Assembly (NCBI GenBank): GCA_963728075.1 | Contig: CAVSIP010000003.1 | Coordinates: 404,250 to 468,249, forward strand | Origin: an uncultured Actinomycetota bacterium | Lineage (GTDB): Bacteria; Actinomycetota; Actinomycetes; JAFAQI01; DASSKL01 | Length of the DNA stretch: 64,000 bases | Direction of reading: 5' to 3' | Shown: one piece after another, positions 20,261 to 29,179 of the stretch | Layout of the letters: every line of letters starts with the position of its first letter | How positions within the stretch are numbered: the stretch's first letter is position 1 | Notes under the pieces: model-generated | Databases searched by the model: none | Told to the model about the DNA's origin: nothing | What the model saw: only the letters and a program-made list of their open reading frames with translations | Program-made: the position numbers and the translations under genes

Positions 20261-21405
20261 GCGTGAGCAAGCACGAGCAGGACGAGGCCCGCGAGACGCG
20301 GGGCGACGTCGTCCAGGCCGCGCACCGGCGCGGTCCGCGTGGCCCCATGGGGGCGCAGCTGGTCACCGGGTGGCGCTGGGTCCGGGAGCAGACGATGCTC
20401 TGGCACCTGCTCTGGCTGGTGGTCGGCCTCGTCGGCGTCTACCTGCTCACCGAGAGCCTCAGCCCGTTCCGCAACCTGCAGGTGGCGAACGTCGCGTACC
20501 TGGTGTGCGCCACGGCGGGGTTGACCGTGCTGGTGGGGCTCAACGGGCAGATCTCGATCGGTCACGGCGCGTTCATGGCCGTGGGGGCCTACACCGCCGC
20601 CGAGCTCGTGCTCAAGCGCGGCTGGGGTCCGGCAGAGGTGCTCGTCGCGGCCACGGTGGTCACCGCGCTCGTCGGTGTTCTCGTGGGCGCGGCCGCCGCG
20701 CGGCTGCGTGGCCCGTACCTCGCCGGCGCTACGCTGGCGTTCGCCGTGGGGCTGCCGGGGCTCGCCAACTGGGACAAGACGCAGAGCTTCCTCGGCGCGG
20801 ACACCGGTCTGCTGTTCGCCTCCCCGAGCCCGCCGTCCTCGCTGTCGTCGCTGAACCCGCAGGAGTGGCAGGCCTGGTTCACCTGCTTCGCGGCGCTCGT
20901 CACGCTGTTCTTCCTCGCGAACCTCTCCCGCAGCCGGGTCGGCCGCAACTTCCGGGCGGTGCGGGACGACGAGGTGGCGGCACAGCTGTCCGGACTGAAC
21001 ATCGCCCGCGTCCAGATCACCGCGTTCATCGTCAGCGCGGCGGCAGCGGGCCTCGGCGGCGGGCTGCTCGCCCTGGTGAACGGGCTGGCCGCGCCCGGTG
21101 CGTTCACCCTCGTGCTCTCGCTGACCCTGCTCAGCGCCATCATCATCGGCGGGCTCGGCAGCCTCGCGGGCGCGGTGTACGGCTCGATCGTGCTGGTGTT
21201 CCTGCCGACCTGGGCGAACAACTTCGGGGCCTCGCACAACCTGTCGACCGACATCCAGTCGAACATCCCCATCGCGATCTACGGCGGCGCGCTCGTGCTG
21301 GTCATGCTGCTGTTCCCCCTGGGCATCCAGGGTGGGCTCCGGCGGCTGTTCGCGCTGGGTGCCGGTGCGGTCCGGCGGGTGACCGAGCGGAGTTCGGTTC
21401 GGTAA
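20257..21405 (+). CDS. livM: Liv/Bra-type ABC transporter permease, LivM-like (operon I)
   Basis: GTG 20257 or 20263 overlaps or abuts the livH stop. Hydrophobic core GLNGQISIGHGAFMAVGAY. Charged N-terminal extension. Confidence 0.8.
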   Translation: MSVSKHEQDEARETRGDVVQAAHRRGPRGPMGAQLVTGWRWVREQTMLWHLLWLVVGLVGVYLLTESLSPFRNLQVANVAYLVCATAGLTVLVGLNGQISIGHGAFMAVGAYTAAELVLKRGWGPAEVLVAATVVTALVGVLVGAAAARLRGPYLAGATLAFAVGLPGLANWDKTQSFLGADTGLLFASPSPPSSLSSLNPQEWQAWFTCFAALVTLFFLANLSRSRVGRNFRAVRDDEVAAQLSGLNIARVQITAFIVSAAAAGLGGGLLALVNGLAAPGAFTLVLSLTLLSAIIIGGLGSLAGAVYGSIVLVFLPTWANNFGASHNLSTDIQSNIPIAIYGGALVLVMLLFPLGIQGGLRRLFALGAGAVRRVTERSSVR

Positions 21406-21507
21406 CACTGCGGCAACACCGGGACCTTCGCCCCGTGACTTTCGCCACATTCGCGATAACGTCCCGCCCCAGACCCGAGGTACCACTCGGAAAGACCAGG
21501 AGGCTTC

Positions 21508-22839
21508 ATGCAGCGCAAGTCCCTGCTCCGCGCCACGGCGGGGCTGGCGACCGTGTTCATCGCGGCCGCGGCCTGCGGCGGCAGCAGCAACGGCGGCAGC
21601 AACAACAACGCGGGCGGTACGACCAAGAACGTGCCCGGTGTGACCGCGACGTCGGTGCTCATCGGCAGCCACCAGCCGCTCACGGGCCCGGCGGCGCCGG
21701 GCTACAGCGAGATCGCCCCGTCCGCCAAGGCGATGTTCGACTACATCAACGCCAACGGTGGGATCAACGGACGCAAGATCACCTACAAGTACCTCGACGA
21801 CGCCTACAACCCGACCAACACGGTCAACGTCGTCAAGCAGCTGGTGCTGCAGGACCAGGTCTTCGCGATCTTCAACGGCCTCGGCACCCCGACCCACGAG
21901 AAGGTCATCGACTTCCTCAACCAGAACAAGGTGCCCGACCCGTTCGTCGCCTCCGGCTGCGCGTGCTGGGACCAGCCCCAGAAGTACCCGTACACCTTCG
22001 GCTGGCAGCCCAAGTACACGATCGAGGGCGCGGTGATGGGCAAGTACATCGCCGACAACTTCAAGGGCAAGAAGGTCGCGTACTTCTACCAGAACGACGA
22101 CTTCGGCAAGGACGGCGTCACCGGCCTGGACAAGTACATCCCGAAGGACATGGTCGTCGACCGGGAGACCTACACCGCGGGCAACACCGACATCGCCCCG
22201 CAGGTGCAGAAGCTGAAGAGCTCCGGCGCCGACATCGTGGTGTCGTTCAGCATCCCGGCCTACACCGCGCTGCTGAAGCTCAACAGCCTCAAGCTCAGCT
22301 ACAACCCGCAGCTGTTCGTCAGCAGCGTCGGCTCCGACCCGGTCACCCTGTCCGGCCTGCTGGAGGCGTTCGCCAAGCAGGGCGGCGCGAGCGTCCAGGG
22401 CAACGCGCTCATCCAGGGCCTGCAGACCGTCGGCTACCTGCCTCCGTACGGCGGCGCCAACGAGGGCCCGTGGGTCACGCTGTTCAAGAAGATCCACGAC
22501 CAGGCGAAGCTGCCGTTCCCGTTCGACGGCAACGTCGAGTACGGCATGTCGGTCGCGTTCTCGTTCGCCGAGGCGCTGAAGACCGCGGGCAAGGACCTCA
22601 CCCGCGACGACTTCGTCAAGGCGATCGAGAACACGAAGTACCAGGGCCCGGGCATCGTCCCGCTGACCTACAGCGCGACCGACCACGCGGGCTTCGACGG
22701 CGTGCAGATGGGTGTCATCAAGGGCAACACGATCGAGCTCGAGGGTGACCCCGAGGTCGTGGACAACAACCTGCAGGTGTCGAAGTCGAGCTACCAGCCG
22801 GCGAAGCCGGGCGACGCGGGGATCCTCCCGTCGTCGTGA
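21508..22839 (+). CDS. livK: Liv/Bra-type ABC transporter substrate-binding lipoprotein (operon I)
   Basis: 443 aa. Signal peptide with lipobox FIAAAAC, type I periplasmic-binding-protein fold sequence. SD AGGAGG upstream. Confidence 0.82.
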   Translation: MQRKSLLRATAGLATVFIAAAACGGSSNGGSNNNAGGTTKNVPGVTATSVLIGSHQPLTGPAAPGYSEIAPSAKAMFDYINANGGINGRKITYKYLDDAYNPTNTVNVVKQLVLQDQVFAIFNGLGTPTHEKVIDFLNQNKVPDPFVASGCACWDQPQKYPYTFGWQPKYTIEGAVMGKYIADNFKGKKVAYFYQNDDFGKDGVTGLDKYIPKDMVVDRETYTAGNTDIAPQVQKLKSSGADIVVSFSIPAYTALLKLNSLKLSYNPQLFVSSVGSDPVTLSGLLEAFAKQGGASVQGNALIQGLQTVGYLPPYGGANEGPWVTLFKKIHDQAKLPFPFDGNVEYGMSVAFSFAEALKTAGKDLTRDDFVKAIENTKYQGPGIVPLTYSATDHAGFDGVQMGVIKGNTIELEGDPEVVDNNLQVSKSSYQPAKPGDAGILPSS

Positions 22840-22860
22840 CCGACCGGCACCCGTAGCACC

Positions 22861-22894
22861 GGAGGGCCGTCCCGCAGTCGCGGGGCGGCCCTCC
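22861..22894 (+). terminator. stem-loop terminator after Liv operon I
   Basis: ggagggccg / cggccctcc outer stem plus cccgc / gcggg inner stem, 22 nt after the livK stop. No U-tract (I-shaped, usual in high-GC actinobacteria). Confidence 0.6.
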
Positions 22895-22910
22895 GCACTA
22901 TGGTTCGCGG

Positions 22911-24068
22911 GTGGCAGGTCGGCCGTGGCTGCGGGTGGCGCTGCTGCTGTTCGCCGTCGCGTTCGGCACCAACGTCTCGACGCCCCTGCTCGTGCTGTAC
23001 CGGCACCGGCTGCACCTGTCGCCGACGAGCGTGACCGCGATCTTCGCGACGTACGCCGTCGGCCTCATCCTCGCGCTGCTGTTCGCCGGTCCCGGCTCGG
23101 ACCGGGTGGGCCGCCGGCCGGTGACCCTGCTGTTCACGGCGCTCGCGGCGCTGGCCTCGCTCACGTTCGTGCCGGCCGCCGACCGTGAGCCGCTGCTGTT
23201 CGTCGCCCGGTTCCTGCAGGGGGTGGTGTCCGGGGCGGTGTTCAGCGTGGGCAGCGCCTGGCTGGCCGAGCTGTCCGCCGGCCACTCCCACGTCGCGGCC
23301 CGGCGGGCCTCGGTGGCCATGAACGCCGGGTTCGCCCTCGGCCCGCTCACCGCCGGCCTGCTGGGGCAGTACGTCGCGTGGCCGACCACGCTGCCGTACC
23401 TCGTCCACGTCGTGCTGACCGCGGCCGGGCTGGTGGTCGCCTGGCCGGCGGGGGAGACCCTGCGGACCGCGCGGCGCGGGCCGCTGCTGCAGCTGGGGCT
23501 GCCGCCGCAGGGGCGGTCGGTGTTCTGGCTGCTGCTGGCCCCCACGGCGATCTGCGTCTTCGCCTTCCCGGCGACGGTCATCACCGCGCTACCGCTTGTG
23601 CTGCCGTCGGGTGTCCACGCGATCGCGGTCACGGGTCTGGTGGCCGGGCTGACGCTCGGTGCTGCTGCCCTGGTCAGCCCGGGCGCGCGGCCGCTGGGCG
23701 CCTCGGCGGCGCCACTGGGACTGCTGCTCGGCGCCAGCGGCTTCGCGCTGTCGGTCACCGTGGCACGCGGAGCGGCGTGGCAGGTGCTGCTGCCGGTGGC
23801 GGTCCTGCTCGGCGCGGCGTCCGGGCTGTGCATGACCGCGGGGCTGGCCATCGCGCAGGAGCTCGCCACCGATGCGACCCGGGGTGCGGTGAACGCGGCG
23901 TTCTACTCGGTCGTCTACCTGGGCTTCGGCACACCGGTGCTCATCACCGCGGTGTCCGGCGCGGCGCTGACCGTCCCGCTGTCCGCGCTGGCCGTCACGA
24001 TCGCGCTGCTGGGTGGCTGGCTGTGGGTCGCCGGGCGACGCGTGCAGGTGGGCAGCGCAGCCGCCTGA
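22911..24068 (+). CDS. MFS transporter
   Basis: 385 aa, about 12 hydrophobic segments. MFS loop motif GPGSDRVGRRP between TM2 and TM3. Confidence 0.8.
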   Translation: MAGRPWLRVALLLFAVAFGTNVSTPLLVLYRHRLHLSPTSVTAIFATYAVGLILALLFAGPGSDRVGRRPVTLLFTALAALASLTFVPAADREPLLFVARFLQGVVSGAVFSVGSAWLAELSAGHSHVAARRASVAMNAGFALGPLTAGLLGQYVAWPTTLPYLVHVVLTAAGLVVAWPAGETLRTARRGPLLQLGLPPQGRSVFWLLLAPTAICVFAFPATVITALPLVLPSGVHAIAVTGLVAGLTLGAAALVSPGARPLGASAAPLGLLLGASGFALSVTVARGAAWQVLLPVAVLLGAASGLCMTAGLAIAQELATDATRGAVNAAFYSVVYLGFGTPVLITAVSGAALTVPLSALAVTIALLGGWLWVAGRRVQVGSAAA

Positions 24069-24075
24069 GCTGGGC

Positions 24076-25287
24076 TCAGCCGTCCGCTCGCGCGACGCCG
24101 TCGAGGAAGTGGGCCACCACCGTGTTCCACAGCTGCGGCGCCTCGTAGTAGGGGGAGTGCCCGCAGCCGCTGATCTCGACCAGGCGAGCGTCGGGAAGCA
24201 TCCCCGCCAGGGCCCTGACCGCCGCGGGAGGGAACAGCGGGTCGCGGTCACCGACGACGCACAGCACGGGGGCGGTCAGGCGGCCGGCCTCGGCCGTCCC
24301 GCGGCGTGCCCCCGCCAGTCTGGGCAGGATGACGGCCGGGTCCGCGCTTCCCATGCGGCCGAGCGACTGGTACAGGTGGGCCAGCTCGGGACGTCGCGCG
24401 CTGAACGCCGGGTCGAGCGCGGGGTGGGCGCCGAGGGTGTCGTCGGCGGGCAGGGTCACGGACCTGCGGGCGAGGGCCGCGTCGATCTGCGGGGACACGA
24501 AGCCGCCGAGCGTGTCGGCGAGCACCACGCAACGGGCCAGCGCCGGGCGGGCGAGCGTGGCCCCGACCACTGTCCAGCCGCCCATGGACTGGCCGACGAG
24601 GTCCGCCCGGTCGATGCCGAGCGCGTCCAGGACCGCGAGCAGGTCGCCGGTGGCGACGTCCGGGCCGGACCGGCCGGCGTGGTCGGTGGATCGGCCGTAG
24701 CCGCGGTGGTCCCAGGTGAGCACCGGGCGGTCGGCGGCGAACGACGCCACCTGCTGGAACCACACCGCGTGGTTGCCGCCGGCACCGTGGCACAGGACCA
24801 GGGGAACGCCGTCGCCGGGACCGGACAGCTCGTGGTAGAGCTGCTCCCCGTCGTGGTCGACGAAGCCGGTGCGGCGCGGTACCGCGCCCGGCGTGGCGGC
24901 GGGTCGGGTGCTCAGCCGGGCGACGCACTCGATCTCCACCCGAGCGTCGAGGGCGAGGTCCACCCCGCCCACCGTGATCCGCGCCGGCGGGATGCCGTCG
25001 AAGAAGGCCGCGTACGCCTGGTTCATCGCCGCGAACTCGGCCATGTCGGCGAGGAACACGCTGACCTTCACCACGTCGGACAACGACGAACCGGCGGCGG
25101 CCAGGATGCGCTCGACGTTGCGCAGCGCCTGCGTGGTCTGCGGGCCGACCCCTCCCGGCACCAGCTCCAGGCCCTCCTCGGTGCCCAGCGTCCCGGAGAC
25201 GAAGACGACGTCGTCGGCCACGCCGGCGTGCGCGAACTGCGGGAGCCGGCCCAGCCCGTCGACGATCAGTCGCTGCACCTGCGTCAT
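24076..25287 (-). CDS. fusion protein: N-terminal RidA/YjgF/Rut-C-like domain plus C-terminal alpha/beta hydrolase
   Basis: 403-aa continuous ORF. Residues 1-125 are RidA-like (VFVSGTLG..VKVSVFLADMAEFAAMNQAY..RVEIECVA). After linker STRPAATPGAVPRR comes the hydrolase (LVLCHGAGGN, nucleophile elbow VGQSMGG, C-terminal GCGHSPY). Confidence 0.8.
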   Translation of the reverse strand: MTQVQRLIVDGLGRLPQFAHAGVADDVVFVSGTLGTEEGLELVPGGVGPQTTQALRNVERILAAAGSSLSDVVKVSVFLADMAEFAAMNQAYAAFFDGIPPARITVGGVDLALDARVEIECVARLSTRPAATPGAVPRRTGFVDHDGEQLYHELSGPGDGVPLVLCHGAGGNHAVWFQQVASFAADRPVLTWDHRGYGRSTDHAGRSGPDVATGDLLAVLDALGIDRADLVGQSMGGWTVVGATLARPALARCVVLADTLGGFVSPQIDAALARRSVTLPADDTLGAHPALDPAFSARRPELAHLYQSLGRMGSADPAVILPRLAGARRGTAEAGRLTAPVLCVVGDRDPLFPPAAVRALAGMLPDARLVEISGCGHSPYYEAPQLWNTVVAHFLDGVARADG

Positions 25288-25305
25288 GCCGCTCAGTCTG
25301 ACCGC

Positions 25306-25560
25306 TCACTTCCAGCGGAAGTGCACGAAGATGCGGCCGAAGTTGTCCGAGTCCTTCTCGACCCGGTGGTACAGCGCCTTGATCTCCTTCTGCTCCAGGA
25401 AGCGCAGCACGCGCTTCTTCAGCTGGCCCGATCCCTTACCGGGGATGATCTCGACGAGGGGAGCCTTCTTCGCGACCGCCTCGTCGATGACCTGGCGCAG
25501 GGCGCGGTCGATCTCGCCCCCTCTGTTGTAGACGTCGTGGAGGTCGAGCTTCAGCTTCAT
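25306..25560 (-). CDS. small stand-alone Smr (MutS2-related) domain protein
   Basis: ATG at 25560, 84 aa: MKLKLDLHDVYNRGG..LVEIIPGKGSGQLKKRV... This matches the Smr LDLHG / IIHGKG.G pattern with substitutions. Only this C-terminal part of the 392-aa track ORF looks coding. Confidence 0.65.
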   Translation of the reverse strand: MKLKLDLHDVYNRGGEIDRALRQVIDEAVAKKAPLVEIIPGKGSGQLKKRVLRFLEQKEIKALYHRVEKDSDNFGRIFVHFRWK

Positions 25561-25617
25561 GCTCGCAGCATCCCAGGACCCGACCTTTGTTGATCCGGTG
25601 TCCAATACGGGCGCATC

Positions 25618-26592
25618 GTGACAGCCATGACGACCGTCGATGCGCCGCGCACCGTTCCGGACGAGTACGTCTCGGGTGCCAAGGACGACGAGAGCTGGCG
25701 CACCCTGCTGGCGCGGCTGAACGACCTGTCCATCACCAAGCACTTCGACGCGTACGCCGACGTCGAGTGGGACTCGGCCGAGCTCGCGCTCGACCCGACC
25801 GATCCGCGCTGGGAGCTGCCGGCGGACGACCCGCTCGGCGCGACCGACTGGTACCGGTCGTTGCCGGCCGAGACGCGTGCGCGGCTCGGCTGCGAGACGG
25901 TCGCCAGCAAGATGAAGATCGGCCTGATCTTCGAGAACGTCCTCAAGCGCGGGCTGCTCGAGTTCGCCATGACGCTGCCCAACGGCGCGCCGGAGTTCCG
26001 CTACGCCTACCACGAGGTGATCGAGGAGGCGCAGCACTCGCTGATGTTCCAGGAGTTCGTCAACCGCACCGGCTTCGACGCCGAGGGGCTGACCGGGTTC
26101 GACAACCGGGCGACGCGCTGGGTCGTCGGCCTCGGCCGCCGGTTCCCCGAGCTGTTCTTCCTGTTCGTCCTCGGCGGGGAGGACCCGATCGACCACGTGC
26201 AGCGGCGGGAGCTGCGCAGCGACCGCGAGATCCATCCGCTGCTCGAGCGGATCATGCGGATCCACGTGACCGAGGAGGCGCGGCACCTGTCCTTCGCGCG
26301 GCACTACCTCCGCCGCGCCGTGCCGCAGCTGCCGGCCCGGCGCCGGGCCCAGCTCGCCGTGGGTGCGCCGCTCATCCTCGGCGCGATGGCCCAGATGATG
26401 CTCATGCCGTCGCGCCGGCTGGTCGAGCGGTACGCCATCCCGCGGGACGTGCTCGACGCCGCCTACCGCGACAACCCCGCGCATCGCGCGGAGACCCGGG
26501 CGTCGCTGGCCAAGGTGCGCAGGCTGTGCGAGGACCTCGGCCTGGTGCGCACCCCGTACCGGCGCATCTGGCGGCGGATGGGGCTCGACTGA
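25618..26592 (+). CDS. AurF-like (p-aminobenzoate N-oxygenase family) diiron oxygenase
   Basis: 324 aa. Two E..H diiron motifs (HEVIEEAQHSLMF and HVTEEARHLSF) in a ferritin-like helical context. Alternative ATG at 25627. Confidence 0.7.
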   Translation: MTAMTTVDAPRTVPDEYVSGAKDDESWRTLLARLNDLSITKHFDAYADVEWDSAELALDPTDPRWELPADDPLGATDWYRSLPAETRARLGCETVASKMKIGLIFENVLKRGLLEFAMTLPNGAPEFRYAYHEVIEEAQHSLMFQEFVNRTGFDAEGLTGFDNRATRWVVGLGRRFPELFFLFVLGGEDPIDHVQRRELRSDREIHPLLERIMRIHVTEEARHLSFARHYLRRAVPQLPARRRAQLAVGAPLILGAMAQMMLMPSRRLVERYAIPRDVLDAAYRDNPAHRAETRASLAKVRRLCEDLGLVRTPYRRIWRRMGLD

Positions 26593-26598
26593 GCATGC

Positions 26599-26634
26599 GG
26601 ACGGGGCGGCGGCCTGCCGGCCGCCGCCCCGTCC
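26599..26634. terminator. bidirectional stem-loop between convergent genes
   Basis: Perfect 16-bp stem ggacggggcggcggcc / ggccgccgccccgtcc with a 4-nt loop, between the oxygenase stop (26592) and the livK-II stop (26649). Confidence 0.7.
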
Positions 26635-26648
26635 CGAGTCGTGCTGCC

Positions 26649-27926
26649 CTACTGCTTGGCCGCCGAGGTGTAGTCGGCCATGTCCTTGCCCTCGTACAGG
26701 TCGCTCTGGACCGGGACCAGCTTGCCCAGGGCGTCCTTCTTCGGCTGGAAGATGAACACCTTCTTCGACGGGGCCTCGCCCTTCTTGGAGTAGTCGAGCG
26801 GGGCGACGATGCCGCCGGTGTCGACCGCCGTCGAGGCACGGAAGGCGTTGGCCATGCCGTCCCGGCTGAGGTCCTTGTTGTCACAGGCGGACTTCATGAC
26901 CTCGGTGAACGCCTTCGCCGCGGCGTAGCCCCAGGTGACACCGCCGTCGACCTCGGCGTCCGGGTAGGCCTTCTGGTAGTTGGCCACCAGGTCCTTGACC
27001 GACTGGATGTCCGCGGACGGCATGGCCCACGAGGCGATGAGGTAGAGGTTCTTCTCCAGCTGCGGCCCGGCGGCGGTGTCCATGATGCCGGGCGCGAACA
27101 CCGGGTTGTTGCCGAGGATCGGCACGTCGTACCCGATGGCCGCCTCGGTCGCCGCCGCGGACGCCGTCTGCTTCGGGCCGGTCGTGAGCAGGATCGCCTT
27201 CGCGCCCGCGTTCTTCAGGTTGGTGACCTGGGCGCTCACGTCGCTGTCCGTGGCCTTGATCTTCTGCTCGATGAGCTTCAGGCCGTTCTTCTGGGCGGCG
27301 AACTTGCTGCCGATGAGGCCGTTCTCGCCGTACTCACCCTCGAAGTAGATGTGGCCGATGGTGTCACCGCTCTTGAGCATGCCCTTCTCGATCATCCAGT
27401 CGATCCCGTCGACCATCTCGACCGGGTAGGACGTCCCCACCATCATGATGTCGGGGTTCGACAGCAGCGTCTCCGCCCACGAGGCGGGGATGGCCACCAT
27501 GTTGTCCGAGGCGTAGTTCGGCAGCAGCGCCGTGTTCATCGGCGAGCCGAGGCTCTGCGGCAGTCCCAGCACGTTGTTGTTGACCTGCTGGTACAGCGTC
27601 ACGGCCTGCTGCACGTCGTAGCCGTGGTCCTTGACCACGACATCGATCTTGCGGTTGCAGACGCCGCCGGCCGCGTTGACCTCGTCGAAGTACATCTTCT
27701 GGGCGTTGGTGATGCTCTTGCCGAGGGCGGCGAACGTGCCGTGCAGGTCGGTCAGCTCGCCGACGGTGATGGTGTCGGCGGTCACACCCGGACCGGTCTT
27801 GATCGCGTTGGCGTCGCTGCTCGACTGACTGCTGCTGGTGTTGTCGGACTTCGTGCTGCAGGCGCCGGCGAACAGCGCCAGCGCCGTGAAGGCCACGGCG
27901 ACGCCGCGTACACCTCTCCCGTTCAT
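26649..27926 (-). CDS. livK: Liv/Bra-type ABC transporter substrate-binding lipoprotein (operon II)
   Basis: ATG 27926 after SD GGGAGGGAAG. MNGRGVRGVAVAFTALALFAGAC lipobox. 425 aa. The track ORF's upstream 220 aa were rejected. Confidence 0.82.
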   Translation of the reverse strand: MNGRGVRGVAVAFTALALFAGACSTKSDNTSSSQSSSDANAIKTGPGVTADTITVGELTDLHGTFAALGKSITNAQKMYFDEVNAAGGVCNRKIDVVVKDHGYDVQQAVTLYQQVNNNVLGLPQSLGSPMNTALLPNYASDNMVAIPASWAETLLSNPDIMMVGTSYPVEMVDGIDWMIEKGMLKSGDTIGHIYFEGEYGENGLIGSKFAAQKNGLKLIEQKIKATDSDVSAQVTNLKNAGAKAILLTTGPKQTASAAATEAAIGYDVPILGNNPVFAPGIMDTAAGPQLEKNLYLIASWAMPSADIQSVKDLVANYQKAYPDAEVDGGVTWGYAAAKAFTEVMKSACDNKDLSRDGMANAFRASTAVDTGGIVAPLDYSKKGEAPSKKVFIFQPKKDALGKLVPVQSDLYEGKDMADYTSAAKQ

Positions 27927-27958
27927 GCGGTGCTTCCCTCCCGTTGAGACCCGATGGG

Positions 27959-29179
27959 TCAGGTCGGCGTACGTGCCGACGGCTCGTGGTGGGGTCCGGC
28001 ACCGAGCTCGGTGCGGGTACCGGATCCAGGGGTGTGGCCGGCGTCCGGGCCGTCGGCCGCGACGCCACGACGGCGCCGCCATCCACCGGAGAGGCGTCGG
28101 CCGACCGCGGCCAGCCCCCCCGGCTCGAACATGATCACGAGCACGATCGCCGCTCCATAGACGAAGCGGGCGAACGTACCCGGGTCGACACCGCCGCTGC
28201 CGGGCTGCGCGAGGAACCCGATCTTGTCGCTGTACTGCACCAGCAGCTGCGGGAGTGCGGAGACGAACACCGCGCCGAGCGCGGCACCGCCGACCGAGGC
28301 GAGGCCGCCGATGACGATCATCGCCAGGAAGTCGATGGACATCGTGAAGCCGAACGAGTCCGGCACGACCCGCTGGAACGCCAGGCCGAACAGCACGCCC
28401 GCGAGGCCCGCGTACATCGACGACACGATGAACGCCCCGGCCTTGTAGCGGCGGACGTCCACGCCGATGACCGAGGCGGCGACCTCGCTGTCGCGGACCG
28501 CGTTCAGCGCGCGGCCAGGGCGCCCCCGCACGATGTTCTTGGCCGTCACGTACGACAGCACCACCAGGACCAGCCCGAGGTACCACAGCCGTTCCAGCCG
28601 GTGGAACGGCACGTTGAGGACGAAGAGGTCCGGGTCGTGGTCGGCGAAGTGGAACCCGCCGACGCTGAACGGGGTGATGGTGCGGCCGTAGAAGCCGCCG
28701 GTCACCGCGGAGGCGTTGAACAGCAGGTGCTGGCCGATGAACACCAGCGCCAGCGAGGCGATACCGAGGTAGATGCCGCGCAGGCGGCTGGAGATCGGGC
28801 TGAACAGCCCGCCGGCGATCCCTGCCGCGATGACGGCCAGCAGCATCGCGACGATCGGCGGCAGCCCCAGGCCGTGGACCGTGTTCGTGCCCTGCGCCTG
28901 CTCGTGGCCGGAGAAGTACGCGTAGCCGTACGCGCCGATCGCGAGGAAGAACGCGTGTGCCAGCGACAGCTGCCCGGTGACGCCGGTGAGCAGGTTCAGC
29001 CCGATGGCACCGATGACCGCCGACATCGCGAACAGGCCGGTCTGCAGCAGCGAGGTCTGCAGGTAGAAGGGCAGGACCAGGGCGACAGCCACGATCGCGA
29101 GTCGCAGCAGGAACCCCGCCGACGGCCGGCGTACGGAGGGCAGCCGTCGGGAGCGGCCGGCGGGGGAGGCCTCAGACAC
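27959..29179 (-). CDS. livM: Liv/Bra-type ABC transporter permease, LivM-like (operon II)
   Basis: 406-aa polytopic protein. GVTGQLSLAHAFFLAIGAYGY core. Confidence 0.82.
   Translation of the reverse strand: MSEASPAGRSRRLPSVRRPSAGFLLRLAIVAVALVLPFYLQTSLLQTGLFAMSAVIGAIGLNLLTGVTGQLSLAHAFFLAIGAYGYAYFSGHEQAQGTNTVHGLGLPPIVAMLLAVIAAGIAGGLFSPISSRLRGIYLGIASLALVFIGQHLLFNASAVTGGFYGRTITPFSVGGFHFADHDPDLFVLNVPFHRLERLWYLGLVLVVLSYVTAKNIVRGRPGRALNAVRDSEVAASVIGVDVRRYKAGAFIVSSMYAGLAGVLFGLAFQRVVPDSFGFTMSIDFLAMIVIGGLASVGGAALGAVFVSALPQLLVQYSDKIGFLAQPGSGGVDPGTFARFVYGAAIVLVIMFEPGGLAAVGRRLSGGWRRRRGVAADGPDAGHTPGSGTRTELGAGPHHEPSARTPT

Noticed and set aside
25561-26484. Upstream 308 codons of the 392-aa minus-strand ORF as part of the Smr gene
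   Set aside because: They lie antisense to the well-supported diiron oxygenase gene and have no protein-like features. The Smr domain begins at the ATG at 25560.
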